From the NCBI GenBank assembly GCA_037481615.1, contig JBBFLI010000016.1: a stretch of DNA of 64,000 nucleotides. One strand, 5' to 3'. Position 1 is the first letter of the stretch, and the number at the start of each line of letters is the position of its first letter. The DNA comes from Desulfobacterales bacterium (lineage in GTDB: Bacteria; Desulfobacterota; Desulfobacteria; Desulfobacterales; SpSt-501). The translations under genes were made by a program, and so were the position numbers. Below are positions 50,107 through 59,677 of the stretch, in pieces. A model generated the notes under the pieces. The model ran no database searches and was not told where the DNA came from. It saw only the letters and a program-made list of their open reading frames with translations.

Positions 50107-51318
50107 ATGTCGATCGGACAGTCGATCCTCAAGTTCCTGGAGACGATGGGGTTTTCGGCCATGACCTGGCAGGAGGGGGTCATGATCGCCGTCGCCTGCA
50201 TCCTCATCTACCTCGCACTCAAGAAAGGCTTCGAGCCGCTTCTTCTTCTGCCGATCGGCTTCGGGGTGCTTCTCGGGAACCTGCCGCTCGCCGGCCTCAT
50301 GGCTCCCCCGGTCTACGAGGCGGCGATCGACCCCCGCACCGGCCAGGCGGTCCAGGAAATGAAGCAAGTGGGGGGACTGATCTACTACATCTACCAGGGG
50401 GTCAAACTGGGGATCTACCCGCCGCTCATCTTTCTCGGTGTGGGCGCGATGACCGATTTCGGCCCGCTGATCGCCAACCCCAGGAGCCTCCTGCTCGGGG
50501 CGGCCGCCCAGCTGGGCATCTTCACCACCTTCATCGGGGCGCTTTTGCTCGACTTCCTGCCGGGCATCTCCTTCAGCCCCCAGGAGGCGGCCTCGATCGG
50601 GATCATCGGCGGGGCGGACGGCCCGACGGCGATCTATCTCACCGCGAGGCTCGCCCCGCACCTGCTCGGCCCCGTGGCCGTCGCCGCTTATTCCTATATG
50701 GCGCTCGTTCCGCTCATCCAGCCGCCGATCATGAAGCTGCTCACCACCCAAAAAGAGCGCGAGGTGGTGATGGAGGAGCTGCGCGAGGTGTCGCGCACCG
50801 AACGGCTCGTCTTTCCCCTCGTCGTCACCGCCGTCGTCTCCCTCATCCTGCCTGCGGCCGCGCCGCTGGTCGGCATGCTCATGCTGGGAAACCTCCTCCG
50901 CGAGGCCGTCTCCATGCAGCCGATCCTGAACCGCCTGCTCAAGACCGCGCAGAACGAGCTCATCAACATCGTCACCATTCTGCTCGGGGTCTCGGTCGGT
51001 GCGACGGCGAGCGGTCCGATCTTTCTCAACCCGAAAACGCTCGGGATCATCCTGCTCGGCGTCTTCGCCTTCGCCGTGGGCACGGCAGGCGGCGTGCTCC
51101 TCGGCAAAATCATGTACCGCACCTCGGGCGGCAAGGTGAACCCGCTCATCGGCTCGGCCGGGGTCTCCGCGGTCCCGATGGCCGCCCGGGTTTCCCAGAC
51201 CGTGGGCCAGCAGTACAACCCGTCGAACTTCCTGCTCATGCACGCGATGGGGCCGAACGTCGCCGGCGTCATCGGCTCCGCCGTGGCCGCAGGCGTGCTT
51301 CTGGCCATGCTGGGCTGA
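50107..51318 (+). CDS. Sodium ion-translocating decarboxylase beta subunit (OadB/MmdB/GcdB family)
   Basis: Start at MSIGQSILKFLETMGF (ATG at 50107, RBS AAGGAG). It is polytopic, with the conserved segments IGIIGGADGPTAIY and GSAGVSAVPMAARV. Confidence 0.9.
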   Translation: MSIGQSILKFLETMGFSAMTWQEGVMIAVACILIYLALKKGFEPLLLLPIGFGVLLGNLPLAGLMAPPVYEAAIDPRTGQAVQEMKQVGGLIYYIYQGVKLGIYPPLIFLGVGAMTDFGPLIANPRSLLLGAAAQLGIFTTFIGALLLDFLPGISFSPQEAASIGIIGGADGPTAIYLTARLAPHLLGPVAVAAYSYMALVPLIQPPIMKLLTTQKEREVVMEELREVSRTERLVFPLVVTAVVSLILPAAAPLVGMLMLGNLLREAVSMQPILNRLLKTAQNELINIVTILLGVSVGATASGPIFLNPKTLGIILLGVFAFAVGTAGGVLLGKIMYRTSGGKVNPLIGSAGVSAVPMAARVSQTVGQQYNPSNFLLMHAMGPNVAGVIGSAVAAGVLLAMLG

Positions 51319-51339
51319 AGGGAGAACCCCGGCGGGTCG

Positions 51340-52356
51340 TCACACCCCGAAGTACGCGCGGTACCACTCGACGAAGCGCGCGATCCCCGTCTCGAGAGGG
51401 GTCGCCGGCCGAAAACCCACGTCGGCCGCCAGATCGTCCACATCGGCGCAGGTGGCCGGCACGTCACCCGCCTGCAGCGGGAGGTACTCTTTCACGGCTT
51501 TTTTCCCGAGCACCCCCTCGAGCACGGCGATGAAGCGCTCGAGCTCGACCGGCCGGTTGTTGGCGATGTTGTAGATACGGTAGGGCGCGTAGGAAGAGCC
51601 GGGGTCGGGCCGGTCGCCCCGCCAGGCCGGGTTGGGCGCCGGCCGACGCGCCATCACCCGCACCACCCCCTCGATGATGTCGTCGATGTAGGTGAAGTCC
51701 CGCTGCATGCGGCCGTGGTTGAAGACCCGGATCGGGCGCCCCTCGAGGATCGCCTGCGTGAAGAGAAAGAGCGCCATGTCGGGTCTTCCCCAAGGCCCGT
51801 AGACGGTGAAGAAACGAAGGCCCGTGCACGGAAGGCCGTAGAGGTGGCTGTAGGCGTGGGCCATCAGCTCGTTGGCCTTCTTGGTCGCCGCATAGAGCGA
51901 AACGGGGTGATCGACGTTGTGGTGCACCGAAAAGGGCAGCAGCGTGTTCGCCCCGTAGACCGAGCTCGAGGAGGCGAAGACGAGGTGTTCGACTTCGCCG
52001 TGGCGGCAGCCCTCGAGCACGTTCAGAAACCCCGCGAGGTTCGCCTCCACATAGGCGTGCGGGTTCTCGAGCGAGTGGCGCACCCCCGCCTGGGCCGCGA
52101 GGTGGACGACGACGGCGAAGCGCTCCTCGGAAAACAGCCGGTCCATGCCTTCACGGTCGGCGAGATCGAGGCGGCGAAAACGAAAGCGCGGGTGCGCGGA
52201 GAGCAGCGCGAGGCGGTCCTCCTTGAGGCGCACGCTGTAATAAGGGTTGAGGTTGTCGAGACCGGTCACGCTCCGGCCTTCCTCGAGCAGGCGGCGGCAG
52301 AGGTGATAGCCGATGAACCCCGCCGCCCCCGTCACCAGCACGCGATGTTCTCCCAT
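51340..52356 (-). CDS. NAD-dependent epimerase (UDP-glucuronate 4-epimerase-like SDR)
   Basis: 338 aa with VLVTGAAGFIGYHLCRRLL and a YAATKKANE catalytic YxxxK. Confidence 0.85.
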   Translation of the reverse strand: MGEHRVLVTGAAGFIGYHLCRRLLEEGRSVTGLDNLNPYYSVRLKEDRLALLSAHPRFRFRRLDLADREGMDRLFSEERFAVVVHLAAQAGVRHSLENPHAYVEANLAGFLNVLEGCRHGEVEHLVFASSSSVYGANTLLPFSVHHNVDHPVSLYAATKKANELMAHAYSHLYGLPCTGLRFFTVYGPWGRPDMALFLFTQAILEGRPIRVFNHGRMQRDFTYIDDIIEGVVRVMARRPAPNPAWRGDRPDPGSSYAPYRIYNIANNRPVELERFIAVLEGVLGKKAVKEYLPLQAGDVPATCADVDDLAADVGFRPATPLETGIARFVEWYRAYFGV

Positions 52357-52399
52357 GGTGGTCCTCTTTCCTTTCCCGGGCCCGGATGCGGAAACGGGA

Positions 52400-53395
52400 T
52401 CAGGCCTCGTTTGACCGTCTGCGGTACCAGGCGAGGGTCCGGGCCAACCCCTCCTCGAAGCGGATGCGCGCGGAGAAGTTCAGGCGGGAGGCGGCCTCGC
52501 CGACCGCGGCGACCGAGCGACGGATGTCGCCCGGGCGGGGCGGCAGGTGCTGCGGTGCGCGGGGGCAGCCCGTGAGCGCGGCGATGTGCCGCCACAGCGA
52601 GAGGATGTCGACCTCGCGGCCCGTTCCGACGTTGAAGACGCCGCAATCCCTGGAGCGGGCCGCCAGGAGCAGCGCCTCGACCACGTCGGCGACGTAGACG
52701 AAATCGCGCGTCTGGAGCCCGTCCCCGTAGATGACCGGGGCTTCGCCCGCGAGCGCCCGGGTGAAAAAAATCGAGATCACCCCCGAGTAGGGCGAAGAGG
52801 GGTCCTGCCGGGGCCCGAAGACGTTGAAAAAGCGCAGGCTCGCGGTGCTCAGCCCGAAGAGGTCCCGATAGACCGCCAGGTAATGCTCGACGGCGAGCTT
52901 CTGGACGGCGTACGGCGAGCGCGGGCGGGGGGGAAGGTCCTCGCGCAGGGGAAGCCGCGGGTCGTCCCCGTAGACCGCGCTCGAGCTCGCAAAAACGAGC
53001 CTTCGGACCCCGGCCTCGCGCGCGGCCTCGAGCACCTGCAGGGCGCCGGTTTCGTTCACCGCGGCCGAGCCCGCGGGATCCCGGATCGTCTGCTGCACCG
53101 AGACCACGGCGGCGAGGTGGAAGACCCGGCTGCAGCCGGAGACCGCCGGGCGCAAGGCCGCCGGGTCGCGGATGTCGCCCTCTCGAAAGTCGATCCGCCC
53201 GCGCACCCCGGCGAGGTTGGCCGGCCTCCCGCTCGAGAGATCGTCGAGCACCCGCACGGCGAAGCCCTCGGCGACGAGCCGCTCGACCAGATGCGAGCCG
53301 ATGAAGCCCGCCCCTCCCGTCACGAGCACCGTTTCCACGCCGGTATCCCTTTCATCAAGCGGCACGAACGCACCGCCTCGTTCGCCGTTCACCAT
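52400..53395 (-). CDS. NAD-dependent epimerase/dehydratase-family SDR
   Basis: Inside the long ORF 52400..54520. Start taken at MVNGERGG (CAT at 53393-53395). It has VLVTGGAGFIGSHLVERL and YAVQK (YxxxK). The upstream part of the ORF is an Arg/Gly-rich artefact overlapping the AEC gene. Confidence 0.8.
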   Translation of the reverse strand: MVNGERGGAFVPLDERDTGVETVLVTGGAGFIGSHLVERLVAEGFAVRVLDDLSSGRPANLAGVRGRIDFREGDIRDPAALRPAVSGCSRVFHLAAVVSVQQTIRDPAGSAAVNETGALQVLEAAREAGVRRLVFASSSAVYGDDPRLPLREDLPPRPRSPYAVQKLAVEHYLAVYRDLFGLSTASLRFFNVFGPRQDPSSPYSGVISIFFTRALAGEAPVIYGDGLQTRDFVYVADVVEALLLAARSRDCGVFNVGTGREVDILSLWRHIAALTGCPRAPQHLPPRPGDIRRSVAAVGEAASRLNFSARIRFEEGLARTLAWYRRRSNEA

Positions 53396-53433
53396 AACCC
53401 GGCCGCCCCTTCCGCTCAAGCGCGGCCGAGCTC

Positions 53434-54360
53434 TCAGAGGCGGGCGCCGAGGGCGAGCCAACCGGTGTAGGTGAGCGCGGAGAACAGCGTGCTGAACGAG
53501 ATCGCACCCGCGGCGAACTCGTGGTCGGCGTGCATCTGTCGGGCGAGCACGTAGGAGACGGTCGCGGTCGGCGTGGCGAGAAGAATCAGCGCCGGCAGAA
53601 AGTCCTCGGGGGCGGCCCCCAACGCGAGAAAGGCGCCCAGCCCGATCGCCGGCATGAGAACGAGTTTGATGACGCTGCAGCCGATGAGCGCGGCAAGCCG
53701 CGAACGCATGAGATCGATAGAGAGCGAGGCCCCGATGATGAGCAGCGCAAGCGGCAGCGCCATGCCGGAGAGGATGGCGAGGCTGCGGTCGAGCACCGGG
53801 TGGAGGCCCGCCTCCGCCGCGGAGACGAGAAGACCGCCCAGGGCGGAGAGGATGACGGGGTTTTTCGCCATGCGCGCCGCCGCCTCGACGCCCCCCACCC
53901 CGCGGCTTCCGGCCGGAGCGTGGAGTTGGAGGACGACCACGCCGAGCGAGTTGTTCAGGATCATCATGAACCCGGTGAGGATGCTCGCGCGCGCGAGGCC
54001 CTCGGGACCCAAGAAGTAGAGGGCCACGGCCAGCCCGATGTAGCCCTGGTTGCCGTGGAAGGAGTCCTCGATGAAGGCCCCGCGCAGCCGGGGCTCCATC
54101 CGGACGGCCAGGGCGGCGAGCCAGGCCAGGACGCAGGCGGCGATCATCGTCCCCAGGGTGACGGCGGCCACAAGCGGTTTGAAATGAACTTCGAGCGAGG
54201 CCCGGGCGACCGCCGAGAAGACCATGGCCGGGATGGCGAGGTGGAAGACCAGCCGGTTTGCGGCCGCGAGAAACTCCGGGGGAAGAAGCCCCCTTCCCTT
54301 CGCCACCATGCCGATCGCGATCACGGCGAAGATGGGGACGATGGTCGCCAGAATGGGCAT
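53434..54360 (-). CDS. AEC (auxin efflux carrier) family transporter
   Basis: 308 aa with about 10 predicted TM segments. Its N-terminus MPILATIVPIFAVIAIGMV is typical of the family. Confidence 0.8.
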   Translation of the reverse strand: MPILATIVPIFAVIAIGMVAKGRGLLPPEFLAAANRLVFHLAIPAMVFSAVARASLEVHFKPLVAAVTLGTMIAACVLAWLAALAVRMEPRLRGAFIEDSFHGNQGYIGLAVALYFLGPEGLARASILTGFMMILNNSLGVVVLQLHAPAGSRGVGGVEAAARMAKNPVILSALGGLLVSAAEAGLHPVLDRSLAILSGMALPLALLIIGASLSIDLMRSRLAALIGCSVIKLVLMPAIGLGAFLALGAAPEDFLPALILLATPTATVSYVLARQMHADHEFAAGAISFSTLFSALTYTGWLALGARL

Positions 54361-54471
54361 GTCGCAGGGTTCCTTTCCGTCCTTGACGCGCCGGGGCGCC
54401 GGAAGTAGGTTTTCGCCGTGAGCGGCGCCGCCGAGTTAGAGCACCCCTTCCCGCGGCTTGCAAGAGGGAAC

Positions 54472-54708
54472 ATGTCCTCTCCATCGGTCCGCCTTCATCT
54501 CTACGCCGGGCTGAGGGCACTCGTACCGGATTGCCCGGAGGAGATCCCTCTGCCGGAGAGCCTCCCCTTGGGCGAGTTCCTCGAGCGGCTGGGGATCCCC
54601 ACGGAAAAGATCCATCTCGTCTTCGTGGACGGGAAGAGAAGCGAACTTTCGACCCCTCTGCGCGGCGGAGAGCGGATCGGCGTCTTCCCGCCCGTGGGGG
54701 GGGGCTGA
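54472..54708 (+). CDS. ThiS/MoaD-like ubiquitin-fold protein ending in Gly-Gly
   Basis: 78 aa from MSSPSVRLHLYAGLRAL... to ...GERIGVFPPVGGG-stop. The C-terminal GG is characteristic of sulfur-carrier proteins. Confidence 0.6.
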   Translation: MSSPSVRLHLYAGLRALVPDCPEEIPLPESLPLGEFLERLGIPTEKIHLVFVDGKRSELSTPLRGGERIGVFPPVGGG

Positions 54709-54730
54709 AAGGGAGGAAACGGCCCGACAG

Positions 54731-54752
54731 CTTTTCAGCACTGTGCCGAAAA
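54731..54752 (+). promoter_or_regulatory. Candidate activator-binding palindrome CTTTTCAGCAC-T-GTGCCGAAAA upstream of the tctC promoter
   Basis: Near-perfect inverted repeat about 80 nt upstream of the -24 element. It shares the GTGCCGAAA half-site with the repeat at 59560-59606. Confidence 0.35.
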
Positions 54753-54821
54753 TTGGGCGGGCCGCCCGGCAGCTGCGATCGTCGGCGAGTCGATATCCTG
54801 TAATTTCATGGCGTCTGAACA

Positions 54822-54837
54822 TGGCAACCCTTTTGCA
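54822..54837 (+). promoter_or_regulatory. Sigma-54 promoter TGGCAA-CCCTT-TTGCA upstream of tctCBA
   Basis: Near-consensus -24/-12 element with exact spacing, 60 nt upstream of the tctC ATG (RBS AGGAGG). Confidence 0.6.
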
Positions 54838-54897
54838 AAAGACCCATCCACAAGCGTTCAGGGCGCCAACCCCAGAGACCCTCAAGGTCAGGAGGCC

Positions 54898-55866
54898 ATG
54901 ATGAAACGGATCAATCGGTACACGGTTCCCCTTCTGCTTTTCGGCGTGATCTTCTCGCTCGTGTGCGGCGATTCCGCGGCGGCGCAGGACAAGTATCCTT
55001 CCAAGCCGATCACCTACCTCATCACCTTCAACCCGGGAGGCCAGTCCGACCGTGAGGCGAGGCGCCAGCAGCCCTTGCTTGAGAAGATTCTCGGGCAGAA
55101 AATCCTCGTCGACTACAAAGTCGGCGGCGGAGGCGCGCTGGGGTGGAGCGAGCTGGTGCGCTCGAAACCCGACGGCTACCTGATTTGCGGCATCAACATC
55201 CCGCACATCATCCTGCAGCCTTTGCAGCAGGATACCGGCTACAAGACCGAACAGATCGTCCCGATCGCTCTCTTCCAGCGGACGCCGCTCGCGCTGGCCG
55301 TTTTGAAGGACAGCCCCTACAAGGATCTCCAGGGCCTGATCGAGGCCGTGAAGGCCAAGCCCGGGGAAATCAGCATCGGCGGATCGGGGACCTTCTCCGG
55401 CCACCACATCGCGACCCTGCGACTCCAAAAGCTCGCCGGGGTGAAGTTCAACTACGTGCCCTTCACCGGGGCCGCACCGCAGATGACGGCCTTCCTCGGA
55501 GGCCACGTAAACGCCATCTTCGGCAACTCCGATGATCTCGTGAAGCATGCCGACACGATCCGCGTGCTGGGGACGGCGGACGAAAACCGCTTCTTCGGCT
55601 TCCCCGACGCCCCCACCTTCAAGGAATCGGGCTACGATCTGGTGGAGGCGATCGACCGCGGGGTCGCCGTGCCCCCGAACACCCCCGAACCCATCCTCAA
55701 GAGGCTCGAGGCCGCCTTCCTCCAGATCGCGAAAGACCCCGAAATCCAGGAGCAGATGAAGAAGGAGGGGTTCGTGCCGCTTGCCCTGGGCCATGCGGAG
55801 AGCAAGGCGCACATCGCGAAGATGTCGGCCATCTATCGGGACATCGTCAAGGAGATCAAGCAATAA
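54898..55866 (+). CDS. tctC: Tripartite tricarboxylate transporter substrate-binding protein (TctC/Bug family)
   Basis: Start at MMKRINRYTVPLLLFG (signal peptide). The motif YPSKPITYLITFNPGGQSD is typical of Bug proteins. Confidence 0.88.
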   Translation: MMKRINRYTVPLLLFGVIFSLVCGDSAAAQDKYPSKPITYLITFNPGGQSDREARRQQPLLEKILGQKILVDYKVGGGGALGWSELVRSKPDGYLICGINIPHIILQPLQQDTGYKTEQIVPIALFQRTPLALAVLKDSPYKDLQGLIEAVKAKPGEISIGGSGTFSGHHIATLRLQKLAGVKFNYVPFTGAAPQMTAFLGGHVNAIFGNSDDLVKHADTIRVLGTADENRFFGFPDAPTFKESGYDLVEAIDRGVAVPPNTPEPILKRLEAAFLQIAKDPEIQEQMKKEGFVPLALGHAESKAHIAKMSAIYRDIVKEIKQ

Positions 55867-55889
55867 ACCCGGGAAAGGAGCAGGGGCCG

Positions 55890-56363
55890 GTGCTGTCCAA
55901 CAGGCGTTCCGCGGATATCGCCTCCGGGGTGTTTCTTGCGGTGCTGGGGGGGGTCGTCTTCGCCGCCTCGACCACGATCGGCGAGGGTGCGGGGGGGCAG
56001 CTCCACCCCCGCACCTTTCCCATGATTCTCGGGGCGATGCTCATCCTGGGCGGGGGGGCGCTCGCCGTCCGCACGGCGTTGTCGAGAGCCGGGGAGGCCA
56101 GAGCCGTCGCCTGGCCGGACCGGAAAGGCAGGCGGCTTCTCTTCACCGCCCTGGCGGGGTTGTGCGGCTATGTGCTGCTCTCCCAGCTGCTGGGGTTTCT
56201 CTTGAGTTCGCTCCTGTTCGTTCCCTGGTTCATCCGCACCTTCGGCCGCTACGGGCATGTCCTCGCCTGGTCCTGCGCCGTGGGGGTGGTGGCCTTCCTC
56301 TACTTCGTTTTCATCCGGCTGCTGCAGCTCTCCCTGCCGACCGGACCCTTTCCGTTTTTCTGA
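55890..56363 (+). CDS. tctB: Tripartite tricarboxylate transporter small membrane subunit TctB
   Basis: 157 aa with 4 TM segments and a GTG start after the RBS GGAAAGGAG, positioned between tctC and tctA. Confidence 0.75.
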   Translation: MLSNRRSADIASGVFLAVLGGVVFAASTTIGEGAGGQLHPRTFPMILGAMLILGGGALAVRTALSRAGEARAVAWPDRKGRRLLFTALAGLCGYVLLSQLLGFLLSSLLFVPWFIRTFGRYGHVLAWSCAVGVVAFLYFVFIRLLQLSLPTGPFPFF

Positions 56364-56414
56364 GACCGCCGACCCTGGAAAAGCGGGGCCGGCCCCTTTG
56401 CAGGAGATCGAGGG

Positions 56415-57923
56415 ATGGATGCGTGGTCCTGGCTGCTCAACGGCTTCGCCGCGGCGATCAGCCCCTACAACCTGCTTTTCGCCCTGATCGGTTGCATCGC
56501 CGGCACCCTGGTCGGTGTGCTCCCCGGCCTGGGGCCCACCGCCGCCATCGCCATGCTCCTTCCGCTGACCACCCTCCTCGACCCGGCACCCGCGATCATC
56601 ATGATGGCGGCGATCTACTACGGGGCGATGTACGGCGGGTCGACGACCTCGATCCTGGTGAACATCCCGGGGGAGGCCTCCTCGGTGCCCACGGCGATCG
56701 AAGGCTACCAACTGACCCTTCAGGGCCGCGGCGGGCCGGCGCTCGGCATCTCCGCCATCGCGAGCTTCATTGCGGGCACGCTGGGCGTCGTCGGCCTCAC
56801 CTTTTTCGCCCCCGCCCTCTCGCGCGCGGCGCTCGCCTTCGGGCCGCCGGAGTATTTCGCCCTCACGTTCCTCGGAATCAGCCTGGTCATCAGCCTCTCC
56901 GGCCGTTCGATCGGCAAGGGGCTGCTCTCTGCGCTGCTCGGGCTGCTCACGGCGATGATCGGGCTCGATCCCCTCTCGGGGGTCGCACGCCTCACCTTCG
57001 GATCCTACCAGCTCATGGCCGGAATCGACTTCGTCCCCATCATCATGGGGCTCTTCGCCGTGAGCGAAATCCTCATGAACGCCGAGGCCAAGGCCGACCT
57101 GCTGCTGCAAACCCGAAAAATCGAGTGGCTGCCGACCTGGCGGGACATCAGAGAGACCTGGGGGGCGACGATCCGCTCGGGGTTTCTCGGGTTCTTCTTC
57201 GGCCTGATCCCCGGTTGCAGCCCGGCCGTGACTTCCTTCATGGCCTACGACATGGAAAAACGCTTCTCGAAGCACCCCGAGCGGTTCGGCAAGGGCGCCA
57301 TGGATGCCGTCGCCGCGGTGGAAGGCTCGAACAATGCGACCGCCAGCGGCGGCTTCGTCCCCCTGTTCGCCTTCGGGATCCCCTCGGGGCCGGCGCTCGC
57401 CGTACTGCTGGGCGGCTTCATCATGTTCGGCCTGCAACCCGGCCCGCGCCTCATGCAGGAACAGCCCCAGCTCCTCTGGACGATCATCGCCAGCATGTAC
57501 ATCGGGAACGCGATTCTGCTGATCCTCAATCTGCCGCTCGTCGGCATCTGGGCGCGCATGGCGCTCGTCCCCTTTCCCGTACTCGGCTCGATGATCACGG
57601 TCTTCACGCTGATCGGCGCTTACAGCCTGCGGTACTCGTTCTTCGACCTCTGGATGGCCCTGCTCTTCGGGGTTGTCGGCTACCTCATGCGCAAGCTCGA
57701 ATTCCCCGTCGCCCCCATGGTGCTCGCCGTCGTGCTGGCCAGCATGATGGAGACTTCCTTCATGCAATCGCTCACCATGTCGCGGGGCTCGCTCTGGATC
57801 TTCTTCACCCGGCCGATCTCGGCCGCGTTCATGGCGCTCACGGCGCTCTCCATCGTGAGCGGGGTTCTTCTGCTCCGCAAGGCGAGAAAAAAGAACATCG
57901 AACTCGAGGAAAGCGACGCCTGA
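56415..57923 (+). CDS. tctA: Tripartite tricarboxylate transporter large permease TctA
   Basis: 502 aa, polytopic, with a typical TctA N-terminus (…GTLVGVLPGLGPTAAIAMLLP…). Confidence 0.9.
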   Translation: MDAWSWLLNGFAAAISPYNLLFALIGCIAGTLVGVLPGLGPTAAIAMLLPLTTLLDPAPAIIMMAAIYYGAMYGGSTTSILVNIPGEASSVPTAIEGYQLTLQGRGGPALGISAIASFIAGTLGVVGLTFFAPALSRAALAFGPPEYFALTFLGISLVISLSGRSIGKGLLSALLGLLTAMIGLDPLSGVARLTFGSYQLMAGIDFVPIIMGLFAVSEILMNAEAKADLLLQTRKIEWLPTWRDIRETWGATIRSGFLGFFFGLIPGCSPAVTSFMAYDMEKRFSKHPERFGKGAMDAVAAVEGSNNATASGGFVPLFAFGIPSGPALAVLLGGFIMFGLQPGPRLMQEQPQLLWTIIASMYIGNAILLILNLPLVGIWARMALVPFPVLGSMITVFTLIGAYSLRYSFFDLWMALLFGVVGYLMRKLEFPVAPMVLAVVLASMMETSFMQSLTMSRGSLWIFFTRPISAAFMALTALSIVSGVLLLRKARKKNIELEESDA

Positions 57924-57951
57924 GGACGCGCGGCTCGGGACGGCCGGCGCC

Positions 57952-59508
57952 TTAAGCAAGCGCCTTGCCCAGGTACTCTGCCGGCGAGATCTTCAGCTTG
58001 CGGATGCGGTACTGCAGGGTCGAGCGCGGCACCCCGAGCAGCCGGGCGGCCCCTTTTTCGCCCCCTAAGACGCCCCGCGTCCGGGCGAGCGCGCGCAGGA
58101 TGTGCTCGCGCTCGGCGTCGCGCAGCGGGGCGACGGGGTCGGCCGGCTGGCGGCGCAGGCCGGGCTGGGAGGCCTCGAGCAGCTGCCCGATCTCCTCGGC
58201 CGTGATGCGCTCCCCCGCGCGCAGGATGACCAGCCGCTTGACCAGATTCTTGAGCTCGCGCACGTTTCCCGGCCAGTCGTAGTGGGCCAGGCGCTCCATC
58301 GCCCGCGGGGTATAGATCGGCTCCGGCCGGTTCATCCGCCGGGACTGGATCCGGGTCAGCTCCTTCATCAGGAGCACGATGTCCTCCCGCCGCTCGCGCA
58401 GGGGGGGGACGTGAATGGAGACGATGTTCAAGCGGTAGTAGAGGTCCTCCCGGAAGCTTCCGGCGCGGACGCATTCGCGGAGATCCTTGTTGGTCGCCGC
58501 GATGACCCGGCAGTCGATCTGGATCGGCCGGCTTTCGCCGACGCGCTCGAACTGGCCGTCCTGGAGGATGTGGAGCAGCTTCGCCTGCAGCCCGATCGGC
58601 AGCTCGGCGATCTCGTCGAGGAAGATCGTCCCCCCGTGGGCGAGCTCGAAGCGGCCGAGCCGGCGCTCGTGGGCGCCGGTGAAGGCCCCCTTGGCGTGCC
58701 CGAAGAGTTCGCTCTCGAAAATCGAGGAGGCGAGCGCGGGGCAGTTGGTCTTGACGAAGAGATGGTGGCGCCGCGAGCTCAGGTTGTGGATTAAGCGGGC
58801 GAGGTAGTCTTTTCCCGTCCCGGTCTCGCCGGTGATCAGGACCGTCGCGTCGGTGTCCGCCGCCTGGCGGATCGTGTGCAGGATCGCCTCCATCGCGGCC
58901 GAGGCGTGGAAAAACTCCTCCTGGGAGTAGGCCTCGGTGTTCTGCAGCAGGTATTCCTTCTCCCGCTCGAGGCTGCGGTTCAGCCGCTCGAGCTCGCTGT
59001 AGGAGAGCATGTTGTCGACGGCGATCGCCACCTGACGGCTGACCTCGGAGAGAAACCCGGTGAGTTCGGTGATGTCTTCGGGAGGCTCGCGGAAGGAGAA
59101 ATGGATCGAGCCGAGGATGCGCTGACGCACGAGCATCGGGAAGGCCATCGTCGCCGTGAGGCCGGCGTTCACCAGGGCGCCGATCGAGGAGAGATCGCGG
59201 TAGCGCCGCAAATCGTCGATGACCGTCGGCTGCCGGGACTGGATGACCATGCGCGCGATCGCCCCGTCGGCGAGCGGCCGGCTCGGCCGCATCAGCACGC
59301 CCCCCGGCTGGATGCCGTCGGCGGCCGCGAAGTAGCTGATCGACTGCGTGCGGGCGTCATAGAGGTTGATCGCCAGCCGGTCGTAGCGCACGTGCCGGCG
59401 CAATTCCGCGGCCAGGGCCTGGAAGAGATCTTCGCGGTTGGTGTGGGTGATGACGGCGTTGTTGATTTCGAGGAGAATCCGGTAGCGTGTCTCGGCACTC
59501 CAGTGCAT
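57952..59508 (-). CDS. Sigma-54-dependent transcriptional activator (GAF, AAA+, Fis-type HTH)
   Basis: Walker A GETGTGKD, the GAFTGA motif (GHAKGAFTGA) and a C-terminal HTH AARLLGVPRSTLQYRIRKL. The start was moved to MHWSAETRY (CAT at 59506-59508, RBS GGGAGAGG) because the longer ORF would cover the putative UAS. Confidence 0.85.
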   Translation of the reverse strand: MHWSAETRYRILLEINNAVITHTNREDLFQALAAELRRHVRYDRLAINLYDARTQSISYFAAADGIQPGGVLMRPSRPLADGAIARMVIQSRQPTVIDDLRRYRDLSSIGALVNAGLTATMAFPMLVRQRILGSIHFSFREPPEDITELTGFLSEVSRQVAIAVDNMLSYSELERLNRSLEREKEYLLQNTEAYSQEEFFHASAAMEAILHTIRQAADTDATVLITGETGTGKDYLARLIHNLSSRRHHLFVKTNCPALASSIFESELFGHAKGAFTGAHERRLGRFELAHGGTIFLDEIAELPIGLQAKLLHILQDGQFERVGESRPIQIDCRVIAATNKDLRECVRAGSFREDLYYRLNIVSIHVPPLRERREDIVLLMKELTRIQSRRMNRPEPIYTPRAMERLAHYDWPGNVRELKNLVKRLVILRAGERITAEEIGQLLEASQPGLRRQPADPVAPLRDAEREHILRALARTRGVLGGEKGAARLLGVPRSTLQYRIRKLKISPAEYLGKALA

Positions 59509-59559
59509 CGCAAGGCCTCTCCCTGCAAGATGGTCACAGATCCTCTTCGTACGCGTCCG

Positions 59560-59606
59560 GTGCCGAAAGATCAAGCCCATTTGGCATCGCGCCCACTTTT
59601 CGGCAC
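59560..59606. promoter_or_regulatory. Candidate activator-binding inverted repeat GTGCCGAAAG-N26-CTTTTCGGCAC
   Basis: Arms at 59560-59569 and 59596-59606, which is 75-120 nt upstream of the -24 element of the larA-like promoter. Confidence 0.4.
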
Positions 59607-59677
59607 AACGAGAGACGATCTCGTCCATCTGCGACTGAAAATCAATGAAATTCAAACATTTTTAAAATCTGAGCATA

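Noticed and set aside
59509-59655. Longer N-terminus (49 extra aa from the ATG at 59655) for the sigma-54 activator.
   Set aside because: The extension would cover the inverted repeat at 59560-59606 and run up to the divergent promoter. It also has atypical composition. The internal ATG at 59508 has a good RBS and begins right at the GAF domain. The longer form cannot be fully excluded.
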